Shown here in pieces: positions 7,755-17,688 of a stretch of DNA of 27,957 bases. How positions within the stretch are numbered: position 1 is the first letter of the stretch; every line of letters begins with the position of its first letter. The notes under the pieces are model-generated. The model ran no database searches, was not told the DNA's origin, and saw only the letters and a program-made list of their open reading frames with translations. The DNA is from Synechococcus sp. Lineage in GTDB: Bacteria > Cyanobacteriota > Cyanobacteriia > Thermostichales > PCC-7336. The stretch covers positions 1 through 27,957 of the forward strand of contig JBFRWD010000050.1 in assembly GCA_051439425.1 (NCBI GenBank), in the 5' to 3' direction. Both the position numbers and the translations under genes were made by a program.

Positions 7755-8987
7755 CTATTCCGCGTCAGCCCCAACCTCTTCCGGTTCAGTTCCGTCAGCA
7801 TCGAGCACATCTCCACCCGTATTGTCCGTTCCATCTATGCTTGCTTCAGCATCTGTGGGCTCGCCGTTGCCGTTACCCTCAACATCCCCCTCAACCGGCT
7901 CGGGAAATGCTGGAGCATCCTCAACAATCGTTGCCCCCCTCGGAATCACCAGCTCCACTGTTGTGTCTAGAGTGGTACGTGGCTCTACTTCAACCTCCGT
8001 CTCCTCGTCCACCTCAAACCGAGCTAGGGGTGCCACATCATCCTCTGCCCACTCCTCACCAATCTCAGTGGTCATTCGAGTGACTTGGACTTGGTAAATC
8101 TGCTCTAGTTCCGCCGCATTTAGCGTGGCATTCTCCTCTGCCTCATAGTCAGACTCAGCAATTTCCTGAACCCGAACTTCGCCGCGATCGTCAATCGTCC
8201 ACAGCTCTAGCCGACTGCGCGATCGCAAACTCAAGGTATTCGTCTCTGTGGCCTGACTGAGCACGTCCACCTTGACTACCACCAGGGCCTCTAACCCCAA
8301 AAAATCAAAAAACTGATTGACGTTTTCCTGCTCGATCTCGTCGTGTTCCAAAATGTCAAACAACGGGCTGCCAATCTCCTCCAAGACGGGCTGTAGGTTG
8401 CGATTATCCAGCGGTAATACATTGCTAGATTCGGGGACTAGCCCCAACCGCACTGCCTCGGATGCCATCCGCTGCGATAAGAATTCCGTGTGGGCTAACG
8501 TGCCAACCCCAATCACCCCCAACCGGGTGCGGGGCTGTGGCCGAATGGGAATGGAAAGCTGCACGGCCACCGGAGTGGTCAAGCCGCCAAATAGCCAAAT
8601 CTCCTCGTTCAAGTCTTCGTAATCGGGATGTCGCACCGACAGCAGCCAGCGCCCGGGCAATCCCCCATCCAACTCGAATGTCCCGCTAGAGTCAGTGCGA
8701 ACCACCTGCCGGAATAATCCCGTCCGCTCGCCCCCTGTTCGGGAACCCCGCACAATTACACGAGCGCCATCAACTGGGCGACCGGCTTGATTGGTCACTT
8801 GGCCGACCACTTTCCCCAAGCTATTGCTCTCAATTTGAACGGTGGTCTCTTCAGTTTCTTCGTCGGGTGTGTCAGGCGATGCCGATTCCTGCGCCAGACA
8901 GGGATAACTGGTAATGCCCATAGCAATGGCTGCGGCTAAAGAAAGCGATGCCGATCTGATGATTGAGTTGGTTTGTAGAAATGTCAT
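7755..8987 (-). CDS. Exported acidic protein with a carboxypeptidase regulatory-like domain
   Basis: ATG at 8987, signal peptide (..PCLA-QE); GQVTNQAGRPVDGARV..TDSSGTFEL..LPGRWLLSVRHPDY; acidic N- and C-terminal tails. Confidence 0.85.
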   Translation of the reverse strand: MTFLQTNSIIRSASLSLAAAIAMGITSYPCLAQESASPDTPDEETEETTVQIESNSLGKVVGQVTNQAGRPVDGARVIVRGSRTGGERTGLFRQVVRTDSSGTFELDGGLPGRWLLSVRHPDYEDLNEEIWLFGGLTTPVAVQLSIPIRPQPRTRLGVIGVGTLAHTEFLSQRMASEAVRLGLVPESSNVLPLDNRNLQPVLEEIGSPLFDILEHDEIEQENVNQFFDFLGLEALVVVKVDVLSQATETNTLSLRSRSRLELWTIDDRGEVRVQEIAESDYEAEENATLNAAELEQIYQVQVTRMTTEIGEEWAEDDVAPLARFEVDEETEVEVEPRTTLDTTVELVIPRGATIVEDAPAFPEPVEGDVEGNGNGEPTDAEASIDGTDNTGGDVLDADGTEPEEVGADAE

Positions 8988-9117
8988 CTCATTACCAAAT
9001 CTCACAGTTCTTTGCCTCAAAAAATTCGTCTCAATTAGCAGCTACGGTCTTTAGGCATCTTGTTTTCAGCTTTCGGCATCTGGCTAGACATGGCAAATAG
9101 CACCAATGTCTTGGCTA

Positions 9118-11481
9118 CTACGAAAACGGTGCTCCAGCCTCTTGCCACTGTTCCAGTAAATCTGGCGCCATGCTCTTCGCTTGCCGCCGGAACAAACCGG
9201 CTGCCGCGTCTTCAAACATGCGATTGCCCCCTACTTCGTCCTTGTCAAACGCTTCGTAATATCCTGCCCGATCTCCAGGGTTGTCCTCCTGTAAGTCCAC
9301 CACAATCATGACTCCTCGGCTGCGCAGTTCATTGGGGGTGAAATCGGGGATGTTGACGGGTACTTGGGGGACAAAATAGCGGATGGCTAAATTGAGGAAT
9401 GGGTTACCCCGTCGGTCAAACTCGCGCGAAATATCCATGTGGGTGAGGACGATGTAGCGCAGCCCCAAACTGTTACCAATCACTTTCAGCCGCTCTAAAT
9501 CGGGGGTGAAGCGATTGTCGCGATCGATAATGTCTAGTCCTTCTGCTAGCGGTGCCAGTTGCTGAAACTCTTCCCAGACACCAATCGGACCGATTAATAA
9601 TTCCACCGGTCGATCGCCTGCTGTTTCCTGTAATGCAGCATGAACTTGAGCGGCCAGGTCATCGGAGAATGGCTCGCGATCGGGAATCACACCAATGCCA
9701 ATACTGTCTTCGGGAGGACGACCGGGGGGCAGTTGAATTTGGGTGGAGGAGACGAAACCGGAGCGCACTTGAATCTGGCTACTGACGGTGGGAAAGCCCG
9801 GCACGCTGATGTCTGCTAAATAGACCCCGGTGGGGACATTGGGAATCAGAAAGCTACCGTCGGGTAACAGATTGAGTTGAGTATCGGGGGCATCTCCGCG
9901 AATGTTCTTGAGTCGGATAATCCCTCCCGACACCGGATTGCCTGCGAGATCGACTACGCGGCCCGCGGCACTTCCCGTATTGGGGCGGGGGGCTAAGTCT
10001 ACAGCGGCTTCAGGATCGATGTCCGGCAACTCCAGCCAATTCAGTTGTGGTTCACCCGCCTCGGCCACCAATATTGCTGGACCATTTTCGGTTGGCAGGA
10101 ATGATATTCCAATGGGGGAATCTCCCAGGTCGTACACCGCTTGCAACTCACCCGTTTCTAGATTGGCCACTTGTAGGTGATTGCTGTCGCGAGAGGTTGC
10201 GTAGGCGAACTGACCGTCAGAGGAGAGAGCAACGCGGGTGGGTCGCCAGTTGAGACCAATGGTTTGCACGGCTTCGCCACTGGCTCTGCGGTCAAATACG
10301 GTTAGATCGCTGGTCTCAGAATTCAGCACCACCACCCGTTGAGATTCCGGGTCGAGGGCAATGTCTTCGGGGTTGATGCCACTGCGTAACATGGCCAGCA
10401 GCTCACCATTGTCGGCATTGAGCACCACCAACCCGAGCGGACTGTCGTTGTCGACGGTAATGAGCAGGTTGTTGGAAACCGGGTTGAACGCGATCGCCAG
10501 CGGAGGCACGGGAACCGGTAGTGTACGGGCCGATTCCTCCGACAATTGCATGATGGAAATGCTGTTGAGGTTGGGATGGGTGGCAAAGATCCGACCGTTT
10601 TCTCCGTCAAAATCAATATCGAGCACCCCGGCTCCCAATCCGTAACCCTTGCGGATTTCCAGAGTGTTACCTTCCAGCACCACTAGGCCATCCGAGTTGA
10701 TACCGGCGGCATACACCACATTGTTGATGGGGTCGTAGCGCACGGTGTTGGGCTCGAAGCCGATCGCTGTTTGGGCCAAAATTGCACCGGATGCCAGATC
10801 GACCAATGCGACGGACTGCTCTTGCAGTAGGCCGACTGCCGCTAGCGTTTGCCCATCGCGCTCGACGATATCAAACCGATCGACAGCACTTCGTAGCGGG
10901 ATGGTTGCAACTGATGTTAACCCAGTGCCAGACTCCCCTTCGCCGTCAGCATCAGCCGTTTCTGTATCGTCGGTATCATCTCCAAGTTGTTCGTTTTCAG
11001 ATGCGGTATCTCCGGAGGCGGTATCTTCAGGCTCGATTTCAGTACTTCCAGAAGCGGCATCACCAGGTTCGATGTCTCCAGACTCAGCAGTAACGGGGTC
11101 GCTTGTCGTGTCGGTTTCTGGATTATCCGTATCTTGACTATCAATCTCTGAATTATCAGCTCCTTGGCTACCAGTCTCTTCGCCAGTGGTGTCTTCGCTA
11201 GCAGCTTCATCGGGCCGGTCTTCTGCTTCCGATTCGACAGAATCAGTAGAATCCAGATTGACTAAATCGAACAGATCGAGAGGCTCGGAGTCTGGTGCAA
11301 TCTCTAATTCTGTTGCAACCTCTAACTCTGTCCCCTCATCAGGCTCGGATAATGCTTCAGAACCCGACACATCTGACGGTATTTTTTCCTCCGCCTGAGC
11401 TCTAACTTCAATAACTGTTAATGGAGTCAGCGCCCATACAGGCAACAGCAACAAAGCAAGCAGCGACAGGTATTTCAGCAT
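9118..11481 (-). CDS. Large exported protein: acidic low-complexity region, YncE/YVTN-type beta-propeller, carboxypeptidase regulatory-like domain, C-terminal alpha/beta module
   Basis: Probable start MLKYLSLLALLLL at 11481 (upstream ATGs possible); blade repeats G.xP..I.xD/NP; GRVVDLAGNPVSGG..GSFLIPNVPTGVYLADISVPGF. Confidence 0.85.
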   Translation of the reverse strand: MLKYLSLLALLLLPVWALTPLTVIEVRAQAEEKIPSDVSGSEALSEPDEGTELEVATELEIAPDSEPLDLFDLVNLDSTDSVESEAEDRPDEAASEDTTGEETGSQGADNSEIDSQDTDNPETDTTSDPVTAESGDIEPGDAASGSTEIEPEDTASGDTASENEQLGDDTDDTETADADGEGESGTGLTSVATIPLRSAVDRFDIVERDGQTLAAVGLLQEQSVALVDLASGAILAQTAIGFEPNTVRYDPINNVVYAAGINSDGLVVLEGNTLEIRKGYGLGAGVLDIDFDGENGRIFATHPNLNSISIMQLSEESARTLPVPVPPLAIAFNPVSNNLLITVDNDSPLGLVVLNADNGELLAMLRSGINPEDIALDPESQRVVVLNSETSDLTVFDRRASGEAVQTIGLNWRPTRVALSSDGQFAYATSRDSNHLQVANLETGELQAVYDLGDSPIGISFLPTENGPAILVAEAGEPQLNWLELPDIDPEAAVDLAPRPNTGSAAGRVVDLAGNPVSGGIIRLKNIRGDAPDTQLNLLPDGSFLIPNVPTGVYLADISVPGFPTVSSQIQVRSGFVSSTQIQLPPGRPPEDSIGIGVIPDREPFSDDLAAQVHAALQETAGDRPVELLIGPIGVWEEFQQLAPLAEGLDIIDRDNRFTPDLERLKVIGNSLGLRYIVLTHMDISREFDRRGNPFLNLAIRYFVPQVPVNIPDFTPNELRSRGVMIVVDLQEDNPGDRAGYYEAFDKDEVGGNRMFEDAAAGLFRRQAKSMAPDLLEQWQEAGAPFS

Positions 11482-11597
11482 AGAGAGAGCAGTGTATGGC
11501 ATGCCAACCGACAAGCTATCGGAGAGCAGGTCACCGATAACCGATTCAATTGAATCAATCATTCAATAGGAAGGCATCCTAAAGCGCGATCGCCTTC

Positions 11598-12308
11598 CTA
11601 GTCTCTCAATACATATCCCACACCGCGTACGGTTTGAATGAGGCGTTTTTCCCCCTCTTGTTCTACTTTCAAGCGCAAATATCGAATGTAGACCTCAATA
11701 ATGTTGGAGTCTCCCATAAAGTCGTAGCCCCAGACATTTTCTAAAATTTGCTGGCGGGTGAGTACCTGGCGGGGGTGTTCCATCAAGTAGCGCAGTAGGT
11801 CGAACTCCTTCGCCGTTAGCTCGATGCGGCGGACGGCAGCCTCATCGTCATCCGATCTCCGCATGACTTCGCGGGTAATGGGATCTAAGGAGAGATCGAG
11901 GAAGCTGAGTTTTCCTTCCCCTTGGCCGCCATATCGCCGCAGGTGAGCGCGAACCCGAGCCAGTAATTCCTCGATGCTAAAGGGCTTTACAACGTAATCG
12001 TCGGCACCGGCATCTAACCCCTCGACGCGATCGACTACATCATCTTTGGCCGTCATCAAAATCACCGGTACCCGATTGCCAGTTTGGCGCAATCGCCGAC
12101 AAATCTCTATACCCGAAATCCCCGGTAACATCCAATCTAGAAGAATTAAATCGGGTTCTTGTTCGCGAGCGGCCATCATTCCACTCGTTCCGTCATTGGC
12201 CACCGATACGCGATACCCTTCGTATCCCAACTCCAGCTCGATAAATTTAGCCAGCTTTTCTTCATCTTCAACAATGAGAATGTGCCCTTTCGGAGTCGAA
12301 CCCGTCAT
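11598..12308 (-). CDS. OmpR/PhoB-family response regulator
   Basis: Receiver ILIVEDE, LILLDWMLPG, GADDYVVKPF; winged-helix LTAKEFDLL, IQTVRGVGY; no kinase gene adjacent. Confidence 0.95.
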   Translation of the reverse strand: MTGSTPKGHILIVEDEEKLAKFIELELGYEGYRVSVANDGTSGMMAAREQEPDLILLDWMLPGISGIEICRRLRQTGNRVPVILMTAKDDVVDRVEGLDAGADDYVVKPFSIEELLARVRAHLRRYGGQGEGKLSFLDLSLDPITREVMRRSDDDEAAVRRIELTAKEFDLLRYLMEHPRQVLTRQQILENVWGYDFMGDSNIIEVYIRYLRLKVEQEGEKRLIQTVRGVGYVLRD

Positions 12309-12706
12309 TCACCAAACTCCATTTTTGTTCATGCATTGTATGCAACTCTAGCGTATTTCTTTCTAGTGCGAGCCCACTCAAACCCCATTCACTGCTTGGG
12401 ATTTGTCAAGTCATGATTGCGGTCAGTTATTTGAGGAAAAGGCTGAGGTGAAGGGGCACAAATTGCTCAATCTTTGTCCGAACGGTTTTAGAGAAACAGT
12501 GAACGCTATCGTTAGGAGTAAAGACTGCACCGTTGACACTTGTGAAGAATATTTCGGTGCTCTACTTTACAGGAAAGAGCCTATGTTGCTCGGTTAATAA
12601 GTTCAAAATCAGACCCGATCGCTCGGATTGCAGTAGGCTAGTTAGCCCGTGTCGAATCGATGTGTTCAGTCGAGTTGCGATCGCTATTCAGTACTAGGAG
12701 ACTGCC

Positions 12707-13825
12707 GTGAAATTTATCGATCGCTCTACGATTGCTGTCAAAGCCGGTGATGGCGGAGATGGCATGGTCGCCTTCCGCCGCGAGAAATACGTTCCTGCAG
12801 GTGGACCATCTGGAGGGAATGGGGGACGAGGTGGGTCTGTTGTCTTAGTCGGGGATGCCAATCTACAGACACTGTTGGATTTTCGCTTCCAGCGATTGTA
12901 CGCCGCAGAAAACGGCGGCAAAGGTGGACCAAAGAACATGACGGGTCGAGGAGGCAAAGACCTTGAGATTCTAGTGCCTTGCGGTACGGTGGTGTTTGAC
13001 GCCGACACCGACGAAATAGTGGGGGATATCACCGAGCCCGGTCAGTCGCTGTGTGTGGCCAAAGGAGGGGCTGGTGGAATGGGGAATGCTCATTTCCTCA
13101 GCAACCGCAACCGTGCCCCCGAACGGATGACGGAGGGCAAACCCGGGGAGGAGCGCCAGCTCCAGTTAGAACTGAAACTGATTGCTGAAATCGGTATTAT
13201 CGGCCTGCCCAATGCCGGAAAATCCACCCTTATTTCTGTCTTATCCTCCGCTCGCCCCAAAGTCGCCAACTATCCTTTTACAACCTTGGTTCCCAATCTG
13301 GGGGTAGTCAGACGTCCTACGGGAGACGGAGTAGTGATTGCAGATATTCCCGGATTGATTGAAGGGGCTCACGAAGGGGTGGGGCTAGGGTACGAATTTC
13401 TGCGCCATATCGAGCGCACTCGCTTATTGGTGCATGTTGTGGATGCCAGCGAGATGGATCCCATTACCAGCTATCAGACCATCCAAGCGGAGTTGCAATC
13501 TTACCAGCGTGGACTGCCAGAAAAGCCGCAGATTGTCGTACTCAATAAAATAGATGCCCTGCTGCCGAACGAGCTGGAGGAGAAGCAGCAGCAGATGCAA
13601 GCAGCTTGCGGTGCAAACGTTCTGACAATTTCTGCCGTTACGAAACAGAATTGCGATCGCCTGACCCAATCGGCATTCCAACTGCTCGATCTCCTCAAGG
13701 CATCTGCCGCCGATCGACCATCCGAGCCAGATGACTTAGAGGAACTGCGCTTAGCTCGCTCTGCACCTTCAGACGATAGTGATGGCGATAGCAGCCCCGA
13801 TGTTGAAGTGTTTTACGTCCGCTAG
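12707..13825 (+). CDS. obgE: GTPase Obg/CgtA
   Basis: GTG start with AGGAG RBS; Obg fold FRREKYVPAGGPSGGNGG; G1 GLPNAGKS, G2 YPFTT, G3 DIPG, G4 NKID. Confidence 0.98.
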   Translation: MKFIDRSTIAVKAGDGGDGMVAFRREKYVPAGGPSGGNGGRGGSVVLVGDANLQTLLDFRFQRLYAAENGGKGGPKNMTGRGGKDLEILVPCGTVVFDADTDEIVGDITEPGQSLCVAKGGAGGMGNAHFLSNRNRAPERMTEGKPGEERQLQLELKLIAEIGIIGLPNAGKSTLISVLSSARPKVANYPFTTLVPNLGVVRRPTGDGVVIADIPGLIEGAHEGVGLGYEFLRHIERTRLLVHVVDASEMDPITSYQTIQAELQSYQRGLPEKPQIVVLNKIDALLPNELEEKQQQMQAACGANVLTISAVTKQNCDRLTQSAFQLLDLLKASAADRPSEPDDLEELRLARSAPSDDSDGDSSPDVEVFYVR

Positions 13826-14044
13826 CCAGCATTCATTGCCCCAATCCTTGCGGTCAGCCATTGAATGGTGGGTATTGCCCGAGATTTGCCGGACAGTCAT
13901 TGGATAAGATGGGAGCCAATTTATCGATAAACAGATAAATACGTGGAGAAAGCGAAATATCTTGGTCAAGTGATCCGGTGTTGGGGGGAGCACCTTAGAA
14001 TTAACTCTGTGTGATTAGCCGTAACTCTGGAGCCAGTCCCCCGC

Positions 14045-17000
14045 ATGAGTTCTGTCCCTAACTCCATAGCGACCAACCGTTCCCCAGCAGAGACTCCGGC
14101 TCAGACGATTGTCTCCAACGACCCGTTGTTGTCCCAACGCCTGCGTCTGATCGAGCAATTGTGGGAAACCGTTTTATTGCAAGAGTGCGGTCAAGAATTA
14201 GTGGATCTGCTGAAGCAATTGAGGCAGATGTGTTCCCCGGAGGGTCAAGCTCCCAAGTATCCGGCGGAAGAGGTGCTAGACATTATCACCCACCTGGAGC
14301 TGAAGGAAGCCATTCAGGCATCCCGAGCCTTTGCGCTCTTCTTCCAGCTAATCAACATTACCGAGCAGCATTACGACCAGGCGGTACGTACCAGCCGCGA
14401 TCGGATTGGTTACGGTACGGTTGATGGTTCCGTAGGAGCAGTTGCTACAGGTGGCGAGACCGGTTCGGCAACCTCCAAGGTTGGCAATCCAGGTGTCGCA
14501 AGCTCCGAGAGCGGCACGGAGTTAAACGGAGCCGATAATTCTGTAGCGGAAACTGAGACGGCGGCTGGAACGAGTACCAGTATCGCCAATAGTCGCAAGA
14601 ACGAGCGGTTCAACGCCCTATTTACCCACCTAAAATCTCAACAGGTGTCTGCCGAGCAGTTGCAGTCATTGCTGCACGATCTAGACATTCGTTTGGTGTT
14701 CACCGCCCACCCAACAGAGATCGTGCGGCACACCATTCGAGAAAAACAGCGATCGCTCTCCAAGCTACTCGATACCTTCGACAGCCTCAAAGATCCAGTG
14801 GGTTGGGAAGCGGAATTATTGCGCCAACAGCTGTTCGAAGAGATTTTGCTATGGTGGCGCACGGACGAATTGCACCAATTCAAGCCCACCGTGCTGGACG
14901 AGGTTGACTATACCCTGCACTACTTCGAAGAAGTGCTGTTCAACGCCGTTCCCCTGCTGCACGAGCGGCTATCGCAGACGTTGCAGGCGGAATACACCAC
15001 GGTTGAGCCCCCCAGTTTCGATTTTTGTAGCTTTGGTTCGTGGGTGGGGTCAGACCGCGACGGTAACCCCTCCGTTACCCCCGAGGTGAGTTGGCAAACC
15101 GCCTGCTATCAGCGCAATTTGGTGCTGAACAAGTACATTCAGTCGGTGAAAAGCTTAGTGCGGGCGCTGAGTATCTCCCTGCACTGGAGCGATGTGGATT
15201 CCGAACTATTGGGGACACTGGATCAAGATCAAAGCCAATTCCCCGAGGTATACGAATCCCTCGCCCTCAAGTTTCGCCAAGAACCCTATCGCCTCAAGCT
15301 CAGTTATATCCAACGCAAGCTGGAACTGACCCGCGATCGCAACGAACAACTGCGCAACCCCGATCCCGTGCAGCGGCGGGGGGCGAACGCCAGTGGCTAT
15401 GCCAGCGCCGAAGACTTCCTCGCAGATCTACAACTAATTCGTTCCAGCATTGATCGCTGCAATCTACACTGCCGTCAACTGGATCAGTTGATTGCCCAGG
15501 TCAAGGTGTTTGGGTTCTATCTGGCTCGGTTAGATGTGCGACAGGACAGTCGCATTCACGAGAAAACCCTGACAGAGATCGTGCAGTACTTGCGCTTATT
15601 ACCCGACAGCACCTATGCCGATCTGCCCGAAGAGGAGAAAACCGCTTTGTTGGTGCGGGAGCTACAAACCCGTCGCCCACTGGTTCCAGCCGATCTTCCC
15701 GGCCCCAACCTTCCGTATACTCCCCCCGGCTTCAAGTCCCCCGAAGAACCGGAACCCGATGGGTCGTTTGTGTCCTCTAAAACCATCGAAGTGATGGAAA
15801 CCTTTCGCACCATTCGGGCCTTGCAGCAGGAGTTCGGCCATCCTATCTGTCACACTTACATCATCAGTATGAACCGCTGTAGCAGCGACATGCTCGAAGT
15901 GTTGCTGTTTGCCAAAGAGGCTGGGCTGTACGACCCCATTGCCGCCACTGGTTCGCTGTCTGTGGTGCCGCTATTTGAGACGGTTGACGACCTGAAACGG
16001 GCCCCCTCTGTGATGGAGGAGATGTTCCAGTTGCCTTTCTACCGCGACTACCTGCAATCTCGAAAAAACTTGCAGGAAGTGATGTTGGGCTACTCCGACA
16101 GCAACAAAGATTCCGGGTTTCTGAGCAGTAACTGGGAAATCTACAAGGCCCAGCAAGCACTGCAGGTAGTAGCCGAGAAGTACGGTATTAAACTGCGCAT
16201 CTTCCACGGCCGCGGAGGTTCGGTGGGACGCGGTGGTGGCCCTGCTTACGAGGCAATTTTGGCCCAGCCCGGTCGCAGTATCGGTGGACGTATTAAGATC
16301 ACCGAGCAAGGGGAAGTACTGGCTTCCAAGTACTCGCTGCTGGATGCGGCGGTGTATAACCTCGAAACAGTCACCAGCGCTGTAGTGCAGGCTAGCTTGC
16401 TGTCCTCTTACGCTGACGGTCAGGAGGACTGGCTTCAGTTGACAGAGGATCTGGCAACGCGATCGCGCCAAGAGTACCGCTCGTTGGTGTACGAGACCCC
16501 CGGATTCCTGGAGTTTTTCCTAGAAGCCACCCCGATTGAGGAAATCAGCAAGCTGCAAATCAGCTCCCGCCCTAGCCGCCGCAATACCAAGAAGAAAGAT
16601 CTGGATGGGTTGCGAGCTATCCCCTGGGTGTTTAGTTGGACTCAAAGCCGTTTCCTGCTGCCCTCCTGGTATGGCGTCGGGACCGCGCTGGAATCTTATA
16701 TCAGCCAAAGTCCAGAGGGCCATCTGGAGCACCTGCGCCACCTCTATCGCACTTGGCCGTTCTTCAAAACGGTGATTTCGAAGGTGGAGATGACGCTGGC
16801 TAAGGTGGACATGCAAATTGCTCGCCACTACATGCGTCAGTTGGTCTCCGACCAGCATCGGGACACGGATGAGCAACTGTTCGAGCGGATTTCTGCCGAG
16901 ATGAATCGCACCCGCGATCTAGTATTGGCGATCGCGGGGCACCAAGACCTATTGGATGGAGATGCCCAGCTGCAGCGTTCCGTTCGCTTGCGCAACAGCT

Positions 17001-17149
17001 CGATTGTGCCCCTGGGCTTCTTGCAGGTGTCTTTGCTCAAGCGCTTGCGCCAGCACGATCCTCGCTCTCGCCACAGCCGTTCTGAGCTACTACGGGGGGC
17101 CTTGCTTACCATCAACGGAATTGCGGCGGGGATGCGCAATACTGGCTAA
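14045..17149 (+). CDS. ppc: Phosphoenolpyruvate carboxylase
   Basis: VFTAHPT, WVGSDRDGNP, QEVMLGYSDSNKDSG, FHGRGGSVGRGGGP, LRAIPWVFSWTQSR, C-terminal GMRNTG. Confidence 0.98.
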   Translation: MSSVPNSIATNRSPAETPAQTIVSNDPLLSQRLRLIEQLWETVLLQECGQELVDLLKQLRQMCSPEGQAPKYPAEEVLDIITHLELKEAIQASRAFALFFQLINITEQHYDQAVRTSRDRIGYGTVDGSVGAVATGGETGSATSKVGNPGVASSESGTELNGADNSVAETETAAGTSTSIANSRKNERFNALFTHLKSQQVSAEQLQSLLHDLDIRLVFTAHPTEIVRHTIREKQRSLSKLLDTFDSLKDPVGWEAELLRQQLFEEILLWWRTDELHQFKPTVLDEVDYTLHYFEEVLFNAVPLLHERLSQTLQAEYTTVEPPSFDFCSFGSWVGSDRDGNPSVTPEVSWQTACYQRNLVLNKYIQSVKSLVRALSISLHWSDVDSELLGTLDQDQSQFPEVYESLALKFRQEPYRLKLSYIQRKLELTRDRNEQLRNPDPVQRRGANASGYASAEDFLADLQLIRSSIDRCNLHCRQLDQLIAQVKVFGFYLARLDVRQDSRIHEKTLTEIVQYLRLLPDSTYADLPEEEKTALLVRELQTRRPLVPADLPGPNLPYTPPGFKSPEEPEPDGSFVSSKTIEVMETFRTIRALQQEFGHPICHTYIISMNRCSSDMLEVLLFAKEAGLYDPIAATGSLSVVPLFETVDDLKRAPSVMEEMFQLPFYRDYLQSRKNLQEVMLGYSDSNKDSGFLSSNWEIYKAQQALQVVAEKYGIKLRIFHGRGGSVGRGGGPAYEAILAQPGRSIGGRIKITEQGEVLASKYSLLDAAVYNLETVTSAVVQASLLSSYADGQEDWLQLTEDLATRSRQEYRSLVYETPGFLEFFLEATPIEEISKLQISSRPSRRNTKKKDLDGLRAIPWVFSWTQSRFLLPSWYGVGTALESYISQSPEGHLEHLRHLYRTWPFFKTVISKVEMTLAKVDMQIARHYMRQLVSDQHRDTDEQLFERISAEMNRTRDLVLAIAGHQDLLDGDAQLQRSVRLRNSSIVPLGFLQVSLLKRLRQHDPRSRHSRSELLRGALLTINGIAAGMRNTG

Positions 17150-17688
17150 GGTTCTGTCAGCTTTAGTTAAGAAGTCATGCCTAACATCAGACTTGTAGCA
17201 AGAAGAACATGTCAAGAGATGACCTCCCTAAATATCAGTCTGACAAAGTGTGAACCCGATGCTCTTTTTGCTGGCCAACCGACCTGTGCTGAATGGGAAA
17301 TTCTGAGGTGGTTCGGCAATCATTGCGAGAGTGGAGGTTAACAATAGTGGGGCGTTCCCGTGTCCCAAGTGTGACGATATGTAGTGTATGAAAACTCGAA
17401 TTGCTGGTGGGCTGAATCGATTCCTTTGTTTAACCTTCAGGGAACCGTAAGCGTCTCCCAAGCATCATAAAACGCCGGTAGGGCTAGCTTCAGAGTTTGT
17501 AAAACCTTGCTGCGTTCGCGGGCATCTAGATGTAGTAACCGACATTATGTGGCTATTATCGTCAGAGGCTCGTGATGTACGAATCGTATATTTGGTAGTT
17601 GTCGTTGCTAGCATTCCCGACTATTGTTTAGCTCTACTCGCGTTTAACTCGCACATCACTTCCTCCGAATCGCTCTCATCGAATCCCT

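Noticed and set aside
7751..7834. Apparent 80-nt same-strand overlap of the binding-protein ORF with the upstream gene
   Set aside because: Artefact of the longest-ORF start; TTG at 7750 gives a normal lipoprotein signal and removes the overlap
11598..12308. Naming the regulator nblR, rpaA or rpaB
   Set aside because: Canonical receiver with a generic OmpR sequence; cannot assign an ortholog without a tree
17150..17688. 539-nt ppc-topA spacer, including a 40-codon ORF at 17219-17341
   Set aside because: No recognisable RNA structure, repeat, convincing RBS or protein motif; cannot support a gene
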